This document shows, one piece after another, positions 1-11,163 of a DNA stretch of 64,000 bases. The notes under the pieces were generated by a model that saw nothing but the letters and a program-made list of their open reading frames with translations, was not told the origin of the DNA and made no database searches. Positions within the stretch are counted from its first letter, which is position 1; each line of letters begins with the position of its first letter. A program made the translations under genes and the position numbers. The stretch comes from Macrostomum hystrix (taxonomy: Eukaryota; Animalia; Platyhelminthes). Location of the stretch: positions 1,426,001 to 1,490,000 of the forward strand of contig CATNEN010000037.1 in assembly GCA_950097015.1 (NCBI GenBank), written 5' to 3'.

Positions 1-512
1 TAGCGAGTGAGTCACTGCTCTTACCCCAATCTTCTAGCGAGTGAGTCACTGCTCTTACCCCAATCTTCTAGCGAGTGAGTCACTGCCCTCGCCCCAATCC
101 TCCAGCGAGTCACTGCTCTTACCCCAATCTTCTAGCGAGTGAGTCACTGCCCACACCACGATCCTCTAGTGAGTGAGTCACCGCCCACACCACAATCCTC
201 CAGCGAGTGAGTCACTGCCCACACCACAATCCTCCAGTGAGTGAGTCACTGCCCACACCACAATCCTCCAGCGAGTGAGTCACTGCCCACACCACAATCC
301 TCCAGTGAGTCACTACACACACCACAATCCTCCAGCGAGTGAGTCACTGCCCACACCACAATCCTCCAGTGAGTCACTACACACACCACAATCCTCCAGC
401 GAGTGAGTCACTGCCCACACCACAATCCTCCAGTGAGTGAGTCACTGCCCACACCACAATCCTCCAGTGAGTGAGTCACTGCCCACACCACAATCCTCCA
501 GTGAGTGAGTCA
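1..512. repeat. Minisatellite, ~37-41-bp unit (GAGTGAGTCACTGCCCACACCACAATCCTCCA core), immediately 3' of the COQ7 stop; runs off the window start
   Basis: Tandem repetition is directly visible from base 1 to ~512. Confidence 0.95.
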
Positions 513-526
513 GACGAGTGAGCGTC

Positions 527-1959
527 TCAGATCCTCTCGGACAGGAAGATGGCCGCCTTGCAGCCGGCGCGAATGGCCGCGGTCAGAGCTGGGTAGGCTG
601 GCGCTGACTCTGCATCCTCGCGCAAGCCGGTGTCATGATGCTCAGCCTCTTCGTCGCGAAATCTGGCAATGACTCGCATGAGGTCGGCGTGCAGCTCAGG
701 ATTGTCGGCTAGCAGGCTCCTGAGCTGGGCATTGTAGTGCTCCTGAATTTCAGCTTCAACAGCCACGGTGCAGGCCATGGCGGCCTCCTTGCCTAGCAGG
801 GCGGAACCGGCGCCGAGAGCGAAGCCGGCCACCCGCCAGAACGGCATGAGCAGTGTCGGCCTGGCGCGCAGTGCCGGAATGAGGGCTTCGAATGCGGCCA
901 GGTGAGCCTTCTCCTGCTCGTGCATGTGCCGGATCAGCGGCCCGGTTGGTGTGGCGCCCAGCACAGCCAGCTGGCCTGCGTAGATTTGATCGGCCCCGAA
1001 TTCGCCTGGCCGGTGGGTTTTAGATTACAGGGGCGCATTGTGAAGCGGATTAGGAGGCCAACTTAGGGTTTGGATTAAGGGTGGATTCAGGTGTGGATTA
1101 AGGGTGGATTTAGGTGTGGATTAAGGGTGGATTCAGGTGTGGATTAAGGGTGGATTTAGGTGTGGATTAAGGGTGGATTCAGGTGTGGATTAAGGGTGGA
1201 TTCAGGTGTGGATTAAGGGTGGATTTAGGTGTGGATTAAGGGTGGATTTAGGTGTGGATTAAGGGTGGATTCAGGTGTGGATTAAGGGTGGATTTAGGTG
1301 TGGATTAAGGGTGGATTTAGGCTTGGATTAAGGGTGGATTCAGGTGTGGATTCAGGTGTGGATTTAGGTTTGGATTAACAGGTTGATTTCGGTTTGGATT
1401 AAGGGTTAATTCAGGTGTGGACTAAAATGTGGATTTAGATGTAGATTAAGGGTGGATTCAGGTGTAAACTAACGGATGGATTCAGGTGGGGATTAAGGAT
1501 GAAGGTCTGGACTGTCAGGTGGATTAAGGTGTAATATGTATATGAATTCATCCCGAGATCCATAATGTTAGTATTATGAACGCCAAGATTTATAATTCTC
1601 AGCAAACACCATAAGAAAGCTCAAAATGTTTGTTATGAGCAGATTAACTCACCAGCGTGATCAACTCGCACAATGCGATCGAGCAAAGCCCTGGTGCCAG
1701 GTGGCAGTTTGGTTACGTCAAGGCTGGCGATGCGTTCTAGAAGCTGGGCTAGCTCTGGGTCGGAATGCAGTGGCGGAGACTGCTGCTGCTGCTGCTGCTG
1801 CTGCTGTTTCTGGTTGTTATCAGAAGACAACAAGCGGCAAATAATAACAGAGGGAGACAATCCACAGATGGGCGAAAATAGGGGGCCGCTGACAGCGCGG
1901 CGGCAAAGACGAGCGCTGAGTAGTAGCTGGGTGGCCTGGAGACAGGTTGGGGAATTGGG
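527..1959 (-). CDS. COQ7: Demethoxyubiquinone hydroxylase COQ7/CLK-1 (di-iron), 2 exons: 1959-1653 and 1005-527; initiator codon not found in these exons
   Basis: Spliced translation gives RVDHAG|EFGADQIYAGQ...EQEKAH...EAEIQEHY...DEEAEHHD. Donor GTGAGT at 1652-1647, acceptor CAG at 1008-1006, phases agree (307+479 nt). N-terminus is Arg/Leu/Ser-rich like a transit peptide, with a polyQ run. Exon 1 starts after a phase-0 TTTTATCAG acceptor (1962-1960) with no in-frame ATG. Confidence 0.93.
1068..1500. repeat. 23-bp minisatellite (GGATTAAGGGTGGATT[C/T]AGGTGT) in the COQ7 intron
   Basis: Tandem units are visible and degenerate toward 1500. Confidence 0.95.
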
Positions 1960-2309
1960 CTGATAAAATCACTGATAAAATTTGCTTTAGTAAAACGAAA
2001 AATGAAAGGCAAAAGAATGATGGTATTAACTTGTCGAATGAGTTACATACGAGCTATATATAATTATTTATTTAATACCAACAAATCTACATAATGCAGA
2101 AACAAGTTACAGAATTCATTTGGTATGGCAACAATAAACTGAATTATCTTCTTGCAGACACTTGCAGATGCAAACTGAAACGATTATTGCAGATGTCAAA
2201 TGTAAATGTAACAAATGCACGGAATGAAAACTAGTGAGATTGCATTAAAAAACTAATCTAGATCTGCCCAACTAAAAACAATAAAGCTATCGAAACTTAA
2301 CCAGATGCT

Positions 2310-2625
2310 GATGAGTCATTAGTCATTAACCCATCTATCAAAGAGATGAGTCATTAACCCATCTATGAAATATGAGTCATTAACCTATCTATCAAAGAGA
2401 TGAGTCATTAGTCATAAACCAATCTATGAAAGAGATGAGTCATTAACCCATCTATGAGAGAGAGGAGTCATTAACCTATCTAAGAAAGAGATGAGTCATT
2501 AATCCATCTATGAAAGAGATAAATCAATAACCCATCTATGAAAGAGATGAGTCATTAACCTATCTATGCAAGATATGAGTCATTAACCTATCTATGAAAG
2601 AGTCATTAACCTATATATGAAAATC
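2310..2625. repeat. ~28-bp minisatellite (GAGTCATTAACCCATCTATGAAAGAGAT) just 3' of CISD3
   Basis: About 11 degenerate tandem copies. Confidence 0.9.
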
Positions 2626-2659
2626 ATCTGTGGAAAGATTAAACATGATTAGACATCTA

Positions 2660-3061
2660 TCAGAATTCGAACTTTGGGCACCATCCGCAGTTACTGCACA
2701 GAGTCAGGTCAGGCTTATGACAGACTTTGTCTTTGCAATGGGCCTGTCTGGCCATCAATTCGCACGGCAAATTTGTATGGGTGCCGTCGCACAATGGCGG
2801 ACTCTTGGTGTACTTGCAGCTGCAAATCTGGTACAGGGCCTGCGGCTTCTCTGGCACAGTCCACACCAATGGCTTGTAGCCAGCTGGGGCCTGCCTGTGG
2901 GATCCATCGCACCACGGCTGATTCTGGCTAAGGCCGCAGGCGCACCACCGCACTTTCTGGCCGGGTCGCAGGTTGTTGCCGCGCACATTTGTCGGACCAA
3001 AAGTTGGACAAGCCGGCGCTGGGCCTAGCGGAGCCTTTGATCTGTCCGGCACCTCCTCAGA
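2660..3061 (-). CDS. CISD3: CDGSH iron-sulfur domain protein 3 (MiNT)-like, two CDGSH domains plus a Cys-rich C-terminal extension; 5' exon unresolved
   Basis: WCACGLSQNQPWCDGSH and CSCKYTKSPPLCDGTH motifs. Exon begins after a phase-0 TTTGCAG acceptor at 3064-3062. Confidence 0.88.
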   Translation of the reverse strand, partial: SEEVPDRSKAPLGPAPACPTFGPTNVRGNNLRPGQKVRWCACGLSQNQPWCDGSHRQAPAGYKPLVWTVPEKPQALYQICSCKYTKSPPLCDGTHTNLPCELMARQAHCKDKVCHKPDLTLCSNCGWCPKFEF

Positions 3062-3164
3062 CTGCAAATATGCGTGTTTTCGAGTCGGTTCTCAACAGGC
3101 TACTTTAAGGAATATGGTTAAAAACCTTAATAAACATTGTCTAAACATTACAAAATTAATTTTT

Positions 3165-3812
3165 TTAAGAACCAAACCAACGTGATAAGAACTGGGCAAT
3201 GTACACTGGCAGTGGAGTAAGGGGTAGAGGCCCAAGCCAACGAGATAAGAACTGGGCAATGTACACTGGCAGTGGAGTAAGGGGTGAGACCCAAGCCAAT
3301 GAGATAAGAACTGGGCAATGTACACTGGCAGTGGAGTAAGGGGTAGAGGACCAAGCCAACGAGATAAGAACTGGGCAATGTACACTGGCAGTGGAGTAAG
3401 GGGTGAGACCCAAGCCAATGAGATAAGAACTGGGCAATGTACACTGGCGGTGGAATAAGGGGTGAGACCCAAGCCAATGAGATAAGAACTGGGCAATGTA
3501 CACTGGCAGTGGAGTAAGGGGTGAGACCCAAGCCAATGAGATAAGAACTGGGCAATGTACATCAGCAGTGGAGTAGGGGATGAGGCCCAAGCCAATGAGA
3601 TTAGAACTGGGCAATGTACACTGGCAGTGGAGTAAGGGGTAGAGGCCCAAGCCAACGAGATAAGAACTGGGCAATGTACATCAGCAGTGGAGTAGGGGAT
3701 GAGGCCCAAGCCAATGAGATTAGAACTGGGCAATGTACACTGGCAGTGGAGTAAGGGGTAGAGGCCCAAGCCAACGAGATAAGAACTGGGCAATGTACAC
3801 TGGCAGTGGAGT
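3165..3812. repeat. ~59-60-bp minisatellite upstream of the CISD3 coding exon
   Basis: About 11 copies of GAGATAAGAACTGGGCAATGTACACTGGCAGTGGAGTAAGGGGT...CCCAAGCCAA. Confidence 0.95.
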
Positions 3813-4677
3813 AAAAAGGCACAAAAGTAGAAGCAATAAAACTGAAGAGATAAAGATTGTAAGTTGGCAGTTAAGTGGCTGTGACGTAAGCAAATGAGAA
3901 TAGGACTTAAGGAGTTCTTTAAGTTTTAAAATTACTGTTTTCAAGACTCGGGCTCTATTTGCCGCATTCTTCACCCAATTATTTTAGGTGAATTTTTTAA
4001 ATAAACAAAAAAACCATAAGAAGATAGTCTAATTGTACTTAATTTAAAATTGAAAGCACTTTTGCGTAGCACAGTCTTATGATATATATTCAGTATTCTA
4101 AGTTTTAAAACATGAAATTAGTCTCATAGTATGCTTAATGACACAAGAAGTGCACATTATTTTCATTATATCATTGATTTCTGATTTTTGTTTGACATAC
4201 ATGTATTCATCGTATTTGATCGCAACAAAGTTTTATACTTTTATAACTAAAGTCGATGCGTGAAGAATCGGATATTCTACTTGTAGAATACCAGACGTTC
4301 CAACGGGGTACTTATGCACTTAGATCAAACTGATAATAGTGTCATACGGAATAAAAAATTGGCAAGCAAGAACGAAATAAGATCAATCCACAGAGAGCAA
4401 TTATTGAACAAAGAGTTCAAACTTATAAAAGGAGTTTCAAATGTGTACATCATAGTAGTCTACATTACATAATTAATTATGCTAACATATAATTAAAAGG
4501 CATCCTTCTGAGACGTGCAGAATTTCTAAGAAACTGATAAACCAGTCCACAACAATGGTTCTAGTCGCTAAGTTATACTTTGATGCCTAGAATTAGCAAG
4601 CGCAGCTCCTCATTCGGAAACCTAAACAATTGTGTAGTGTATTATTTAGTAAATTCCACGCAACTAAGCTTCTTGAA

Positions 4678-6667
4678 CTAGCGCCTTATAACCACAACAA
4701 GAGGATCGCGTTCTAGTCGCTCCTCGACCATCTGGCGGCTCAGCCCAGTTGTGGCGCAGATCTCGTCCATGGATCGATAGCCGTCCAGTAGGCGTGCAAA
4801 GGCCTCGGTGCCACCATTAGCGCCTGAGAGGCTGGTAGCTCCGGCTGCTGTGTGCAGCCGCACCGGATAGGCATTCACTCGCCGAATCAGGCTATGCAGC
4901 AATCCGAACTGTACTAATCGCAATATATCAACATTAGTAGCCAGCGCCGAGTGCAGAGTTAACAAATCCTTCAGCGTAGAGCCCGGCGACATGCAGGAAA
5001 ACAGGCGAAACAGCCGACCTACGGTGGGCGGGGTCTCCTTGGACGCCAGTGCCACGGCCTGCTGGCACAGCTGGCCCAGCCTGGCATCGGACACCAGCCG
5101 GTGCAGTCCAGTTAGACAGGCGTACGAGTCAGAGTACAGGGTCAAAGGCAGGAATCTCACAGCGTGCAGGCTGCACAGATTCTGCAGGCAGGTCTTCACA
5201 ATGCTCTTATCTACATCGGCCATGCAGGCGATTTTGGCTACATGGGAGACGCCGTCAATGTAGGGAAGGATCAGACTGGTGACAATGTCGGTTTTCACTG
5301 GCGGCGACCGGCCGACTAGCACTGGCACCTGCGAATCAGGTGGCGGTTTCTATTGCTTTGTTAGTGATTCTTATAGTGACATCAATAATAATAATTGATT
5401 ACACCTGCCCCAATCGGGCCAGCTATTGCGCGGCGCATCTGAAGGCTGCGTACGGCTGTTCAGTCCATGGACTGGGGAGACACCCACGCTCCAATATTAC
5501 CCTAGATGATGTTGGTGCCCAGTTAACAGCTGAGTGAACTGAAGCAATGCGGGGCTAAGTGTCTTGCTAAAGGACACAAATTGTTCCAGTGAAGTCGGGA
5601 ATCGAACCCCCCGACCTTCAGTCCGAGGACTAAAATAAGCAGCGGATCAGCCAAGTTCAAAACGCACTTCGAAGTCTTCCGGCATAGGAGCAGCCTCGAG
5701 TGGAGCGGCTGGCTTGAGAAACAGCTCCATAGACCTGTCCGGCAGTACTGGCAGCTTGCAGGAGCCGGGACCGTTTAGGCTGGTCCGAATGCTACTCAGC
5801 ACCGGGAGTAGGCGAGACTGTGCGTCAGGCGCCGACAGGAACGACGTCTCCACCTCTAAGCTGTGAAAGTAGCGACCCAGTTTGCGCACTATGAGTTCGT
5901 ACTTCACTGGCACCTGACGGGTTAGGGGCACAAGTGGCACATTTTTCTGAATATTAAAATGGAATGTGATATGATATCGTAAGGGTTTCGGCACCAATAA
6001 AAGATAAGAGAGCTAGAAAGCTGTACATTTGAGGTTGGGTAAGAGGTAGAGGCACTTGCCAATCAGATTAACGCTAAACAGTGTACATTTGAGGTTGGGT
6101 AAGAGGTAGAGGCACTTGCCAATCAGATTAGCGCTAAACAGTGTACATTTGAGGTTGGGTAAGAGGTAGAGGCACTCGCCAATCAGATTAGCGCTAAACA
6201 GTGTACATTTGAGGTTGGGTAAGAGGTAGAGGCACTCGCCAATCAGATTAGCGCTAAACAGTGTACATTTGAGGTTGGGTAAGAGGTAGAGAAACCAGCA
6301 ATTGAGCAAGTGCAAACAAACAAACCTGGCAGTCCATGCTGATGACCAGGCCAATATTAAAGTGCAAAGCGTTGCGCTTGTATCGTTTATCTTCGATGCA
6401 CTGGGCGCAGCCCATAATACGAGAGCCGAACGCATCTAGCCAGATGAAGCGATTATCGAAGTCTGTCTTAGTGATAAGATAGCGACTAACTTTGTCGAAA
6501 TTCTCTTTAATTAGAAAATCGGCCGGCTCTTGAACCTCAATCTTTGGCCCGGCTTCGTGGTGAAAGATGCAATAGAATATGCACTGGACATCGCTGCTTC
6601 TCTGGCTAGCTGCTTTAGCATTGGGCAGGCCGCGATCTCCGACCAATTGGCGCATTGTGAGAAACAT
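4678..6667 (-). CDS. NPRL2: GATOR1 subunit NPRL2, 3 exons: 6667-6326, 5913-5668, 5328-4678 (~412 aa)
   Basis: CIFYCIFHHEAGPKI...YLITK...CIEDKRYKRNALHFNIG, IVRKLGRYFHSLEVE and ILPYIDGVSHVAKIA match recalled NPRL2 motifs. All junctions are GT-AG and phase 0. Confidence 0.93.
5390..5640 (-). mobile_element. tRNA-derived SINE family A (CORE/V-like central domain); further copies at ~15945-16240(+), 42610-42770(-), 49790-49885(+), 52085-52247(+), 58700-58800(+), 59195-59320(+)
   Basis: 5390-5490 is the near reverse complement of 16100-16235. The head has a B-box (GGTTCGATTCC at ~15990), followed by GTGTCCTT..GCAAGACACTTAAC...AAATGGG, which resembles the MIR CORE motif. Confidence 0.8.
6020..6290. 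repeat. 60-bp minisatellite (~4.5 copies) in NPRL2 intron 1
   Basis: GTACATTTGAGGTTGGGTAAGAGGTAGAGGCAC...GCTAAACAGT is repeated at 60-bp period. Confidence 0.95.
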
Positions 6668-6724
6668 CCGCCCTGCCTGTGGCGGCGACCGCTCAGGAGA
6701 ATAACTGCAAATTGAGATAGCTAA

Positions 6725-7245
6725 ATGCTTCAGCTATACCCCCGCTTCTTCAGGGCTTCAGCTATACCCCCGCTTCTTCAGGGCTTCAGCTACCCGCTCC
6801 TTCAGGGCTTCAGCTACCCGCTCCTTCAGGGATTCAGTTACCCGCTCCCTCAAAGCTTCAGCTACCCGCTCCTCCACTCCTTCAGGGCTCCAGCTACCCG
6901 CTCCTTCAGGGCATCAGCTACCCGCTTCTTCAGGGCTTCAGCTACCCGCTCCCTCAGAGCTTCAGCTACCCGCTCCTTCAGGGCTCCAGCTACCCGCTTC
7001 TTCAGGGCTTCAGCTACCCGCTCCTTCAGGGCTTCAGCTACCCGCTCCCTCAGAGCTTCAGCTACCCGCTTATTCAGGGCTTCAGCTACCCGCTCCCTCA
7101 GAGCTTCAGCTACCCGCTTCTTCAGAGCTTCAGCTACCCGCTCCTTCAGGGCTTCATCTACCCGCTCCTTCAGGGCTTCATCTACCCGCTTCCTCAGAGC
7201 TTCAGGTACGCGCTCATTCAGCGCTTCAGGTATCCGCTCCTTTAG
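6725..7245. repeat. 24-bp minisatellite (GGGCTTCAGCTACCCGCTCCTTCA) between the WDR75 3' end and NPRL2
   Basis: Tandem repeats; they produce the 8-aa periodic spurious ORFs in the track. Confidence 0.95.
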
Positions 7246-7566
7246 AGGCAATAAGCGCAAAATGAAATATGCCAAAAACACTTTTTATTTCCAAAAGCTA
7301 AATGCCAATAGCAAGCTTTGATTTTGGGCCAAGTAGCTTCCCAGTCCTATATTTGTTATTCGTTAACATCAGCTTAGCAATGCTCAAACTAGCTTCTCAG
7401 CTCCGGCAGCTGACAGCGCATGGTATGAAGAAGACTTAAGCGCCAAGCATAGACTGAACTGGCTTGGCCGCGAATCAGGCAACAAAAAGATTGCAAAAAC
7501 CTTCAAACCAATTATCGATTAATCAGAAAAAGCAAAAGCACAAAGAGCTATAAGAAATTTGTTTCT

Positions 7567-10500
7567 TCAGTTGTTAGAAAGCTTCCTCCGCTGTCGCTTC
7601 TTTTTTATAGAAGAGTGGCCGCTGCAGGAGGACTCTTCGTCCAGGTCGACGGCCAGTTCACCGTTGGCTCGCCGTTTTGGCGGCCTGCGCTTCCGCGTCG
7701 ACTCATTGTCTTCGTCGGCGTCATCGTCGTCGCAATCATCGACAAATTTTTTTGGCGTTGTCGCTTTGGTCGTCGATACAATGATCAGATCAGATTCCGA
7801 GTCGCCTGTTTCATTCAGCTGATCGGTAACCTCGGTGGAGGTGACGGTAGGCTCCGGAAGAGCCTCAGACACGGCGGCTGCGCGTGCGGAGGCGGCGAGG
7901 GCCGCGGCGGCGGCACTCGTGGCAGCGCTGGCAGCTCGGGCCACGGCGCGCTGCTGCCGCCGTTTATTCTGTCGTCGGATACGCTGCAATCGTCGCATGC
8001 TGGTTAAGCGACCGCTGCCGCTGCTCAGTCGAACCAGGCAGCGACAGAGCAGCCTATCGAAAGTTGCCGGCGGAAGGCGGGTCTCCGCAGGTTGAGCCGC
8101 GGCGGCCGGCCCCGGCTGAGCAATATCGTCCGTACCGTCCGAATCCGCTTCCTCCGAGGTGTCGTGAATTTTCGCCGACTTCTTGCCACTGTAATAGCCG
8201 CTTTCTACGTCGCCTTCGCCCAGGTCCAATTGGGCAGCTTCGTCGGCGGCATCCGCGGCCTCCTTGGCTAGCAGGTTCAGCCGGAGCAGCTGCAAATTGC
8301 TGGCCACAAAGCGCGCCAAATTTGGCGCCGCGAAGGCATCGGACTCGGCGAACAGGCGCAGTCGAGCTTCAAGAGCGGCGGCAGCGTCTGGCCCGCGCGT
8401 CAGCAGCGAGGAGGCACGATCGGCGCGTCGACCGAAGACGCGGCCAAGCAGGGAGGCGGCAGCGGCGGATTCAGCTTCAAGTTCGGCAATCGCCATAGAC
8501 GTAGCTGTTGGAGCGCCGTCGAGAGCATCGTCGCGAATGTCAACAGAACTGGAAGCCGGCTCGGGATAGACGAATAGACGACGATCGCGGGTCAGGAACA
8601 CGAAGGTGTCCTCGGTGACGCAGATATCCAATGGTTCAGATGGACAATTTAGTTTAATGCGGCTCAGCTGGCCCGGCTCACAGCTGTGCAGCATGAGTAG
8701 AGCCTGCTCAGTTGAGCATAGCAGGATCAGCATGCCAGATTTGTAATCTTCAACAGCCGAGGTGACAGCTAGGCGAGCTTCGGTTAGCCGACGACCGCTA
8801 GCGCGATCCCAGACGCGCACACGATCCCGGCCGCATAGGACAACAGAGCGGCCGCTGTCCCACATTGAGCAGAAGCTCAGGCCGGCAGATTCAGAGGTAG
8901 GATTCGAACTCTTGGCCGGCAAGTCATACAAGCGAAACAGAGCCGGCGGCGAGGCCAGGTCGGTAGTGTGCCAAGCGGCGGAGCAGGCCTGCGATTGGTG
9001 ACAGGTGAGCAGGTATCGACCCGTGGGATCGAATGTTAGAGGGCCGCCGGTAAAGCCCAAGCCGAGTCGCCAGGTGCGCGTTATCTGGGGTGCAGTTGGC
9101 GAGGTGACATTTATCATTGATCGTTTACAAACAATTTAGGGTTCACTTTATCAAGCGCACTGTTAGCAAGCCGCTAGGAGACGCTTCAGTACACCTTCGA
9201 CAACTCTTCGGAATTCGTCTGATAACCTTCAGAAAATCATTCTCTAACACCCTTTAAAAGCCGTTTTGACACCCTTTAAAAACCATTCTCTGACACCTTT
9301 AAGAAAGCCTTCTCTGACACCCTGAAGAAACTTTTCTCCGACACCCTTAATGAGGCGGAGTAAAAAGTGTATGACAATGAAGACCTGTGTTTTAATTTAA
9401 ATTACGACACTCACTGTCCAATGCGAGGTGAAGTCAGCAGGTCGATCAGGCTCAGCCAGATGCTGCACTCGCTCCTCTCGCGTCCAGCAGGCCAAGCTTC
9501 CGTCGGCGAAGGCGCCAACGAATTTCCGCTCGCCGGCGCACGGTTGAAACGCCATACCGACCAGCCGGTCAGTCAGGCGCTCCTCGCCGCACTGACTAAA
9601 TGCCAAGCGTTCCCAGACGGCGTCAAAGTCACCCCCGCATTCGCCCTTAACTAGAGGCCTCGGGCATCTTCGCTGCCAGAGTCGCAGCCGGAGTTCCGGC
9701 GCGTATCGCCCATCATCTCGACGATCGAACGTTGCCAACCAGGCGCCATCGTCAGAGAATGCGGCTAATTCAATTCTGGCTGACGTTACCTTGGCAACGA
9801 CAGACGACTCAACGGCCGTGTAATTAGCCTTGGCTACGTCCAGACAGCCCAGATGACGCTGGCCAGAAACGGAGTAGAACTGGAGCACCCCGGCTTGGCC
9901 GGACATGGCTACGCATTCCGTTAGCGGATCGCGCAACAACCCGACCTGCCGCAATGCCGACTTCGAGTTGTCGCCCTCGTCAATATCTTCGCCGACTAGC
10001 ACGCCGCCATTGAGTCCGCCGACTAGGCCGAGGTTCGAATCCGCCACTAGTACACTGTTGTCGGCCAATACAACGGCCACCGCTGCGCCGCCATTCGGTC
10101 CAGAGACGGTGCCAACTATGCGAGCGCCGAGGCGCGGTAAAAATGCGCGCGATCCGGCGCCCTCGCTGCCAGCCTCCGGACTGGTGTCCCACTTCACTAG
10201 CACTGCCTCCTGCCCGCCGCTGTACAGAGCGCAGCCGTCTGGAGAGAATGACAAGCCGGACACTGGCCGAAAGTGCCACTGCAACAGGGTGGACACGGGC
10301 CTGGCAGTGGTGAACAGGCCGTGCATAATCAGTACTCGACCGTCCGACAAGCCAACAGCTGCCGACCGTTGGGTTGGATGAGCCGCCATTGACACCACCC
10401 GACATTTGCCGCCGTCGCAAGCGCAGTGGCTATAGATTTTCTGTTTAGATGAGCGATAAACTAGCAGATTGCCGGCATTAGCTGAGATCAGGAACCGCCC

Positions 10501-11163
10501 TGCCTGGCCAACAGACAGACAATCGGGTTGGACGTGGCGCATTAAAGTGCGATCGAACCGGCCGCGCCCGGCTGATTGGCCAGTGAAGACGGCCACTCGA
10601 TAGTCCGGCTCCGATCCGCTTGAATCCGACTGCTGCTGGTACTTTTTCCTGTTCATATACAAACAATAATAAGCTGTCCGAGATTTGGCAACGCCGTCTG
10701 GGTCATCGGCGCTGTTGCCAGCTGGCAGGGCTATGACACGCAGCAGCGGCATGCCGAATTCAAAGACTAGGACAGCCTGTCCGGCCGGATAGTTCCACAC
10801 AGCTAGTCGGCCGTCTTCGCCACAGGTGACTAGGCGAACTTCGCTGTCCATCGCCGGTTGAATATCGCGCACAATTGACCTGTGCACCCCGGCCAGACGC
10901 TGCCAGTGCGGCCAGCGCCAAACGTAGCCGCCGCCGCCAGCATCTGCACTATTTCCGCTAGGCCAGTCGGCGTCACTGCGCTGCACTCGTCCGGCGTCGG
11001 ACAGCTTGTAGATTCGCACCTCTTCGTCGAAGCCGCAGGCTAGAAGGGCGCCAAATGCGCCCGTATCCAATAGCAACGGCCTGGCCAAGGTGACGCTAGC
11101 GCTGCATCGGCTAGTGACATTTAAGGCGTCTGCTGGGACTGCATCGGACCTGCCGCCGGCCAT
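7567..11163 (-). CDS. WDR75: WD-repeat protein 75 (UTP17/NAN1, SSU processome), 2 coding exons: 11163-9415 and 9084-7567 (~1088 aa)
   Basis: TLLQWHFRPVSGLSFSPDGCALYSGGQEAVLVKW, FLPRLGARI, FSDDGAWLATFD and LRLW are WDR75 hallmarks. Donor GTGAGT at 9414-9409, acceptor CAG at 9087-9085, phase 0. The reading frame is open further upstream to a CAG acceptor at 11223-11221. The C-terminus is acidic then basic (NLS-like). Confidence 0.9.

Noticed and set aside
3092-3822. Several overlapping minus-strand ORFs over the 60-bp repeat, and similar ORFs at 6013-6435, 6725-7321, 33434-33789, 44110-44556
   Set aside because: All are periodic translations of tandem repeats with no domain signature.
7559-10666. 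Multiple 80-200-aa ORFs overlapping WDR75, and likewise those overlapping the LTR pol
   Set aside because: Expected shadow ORFs of GC-rich coding sequence; no independent motifs.
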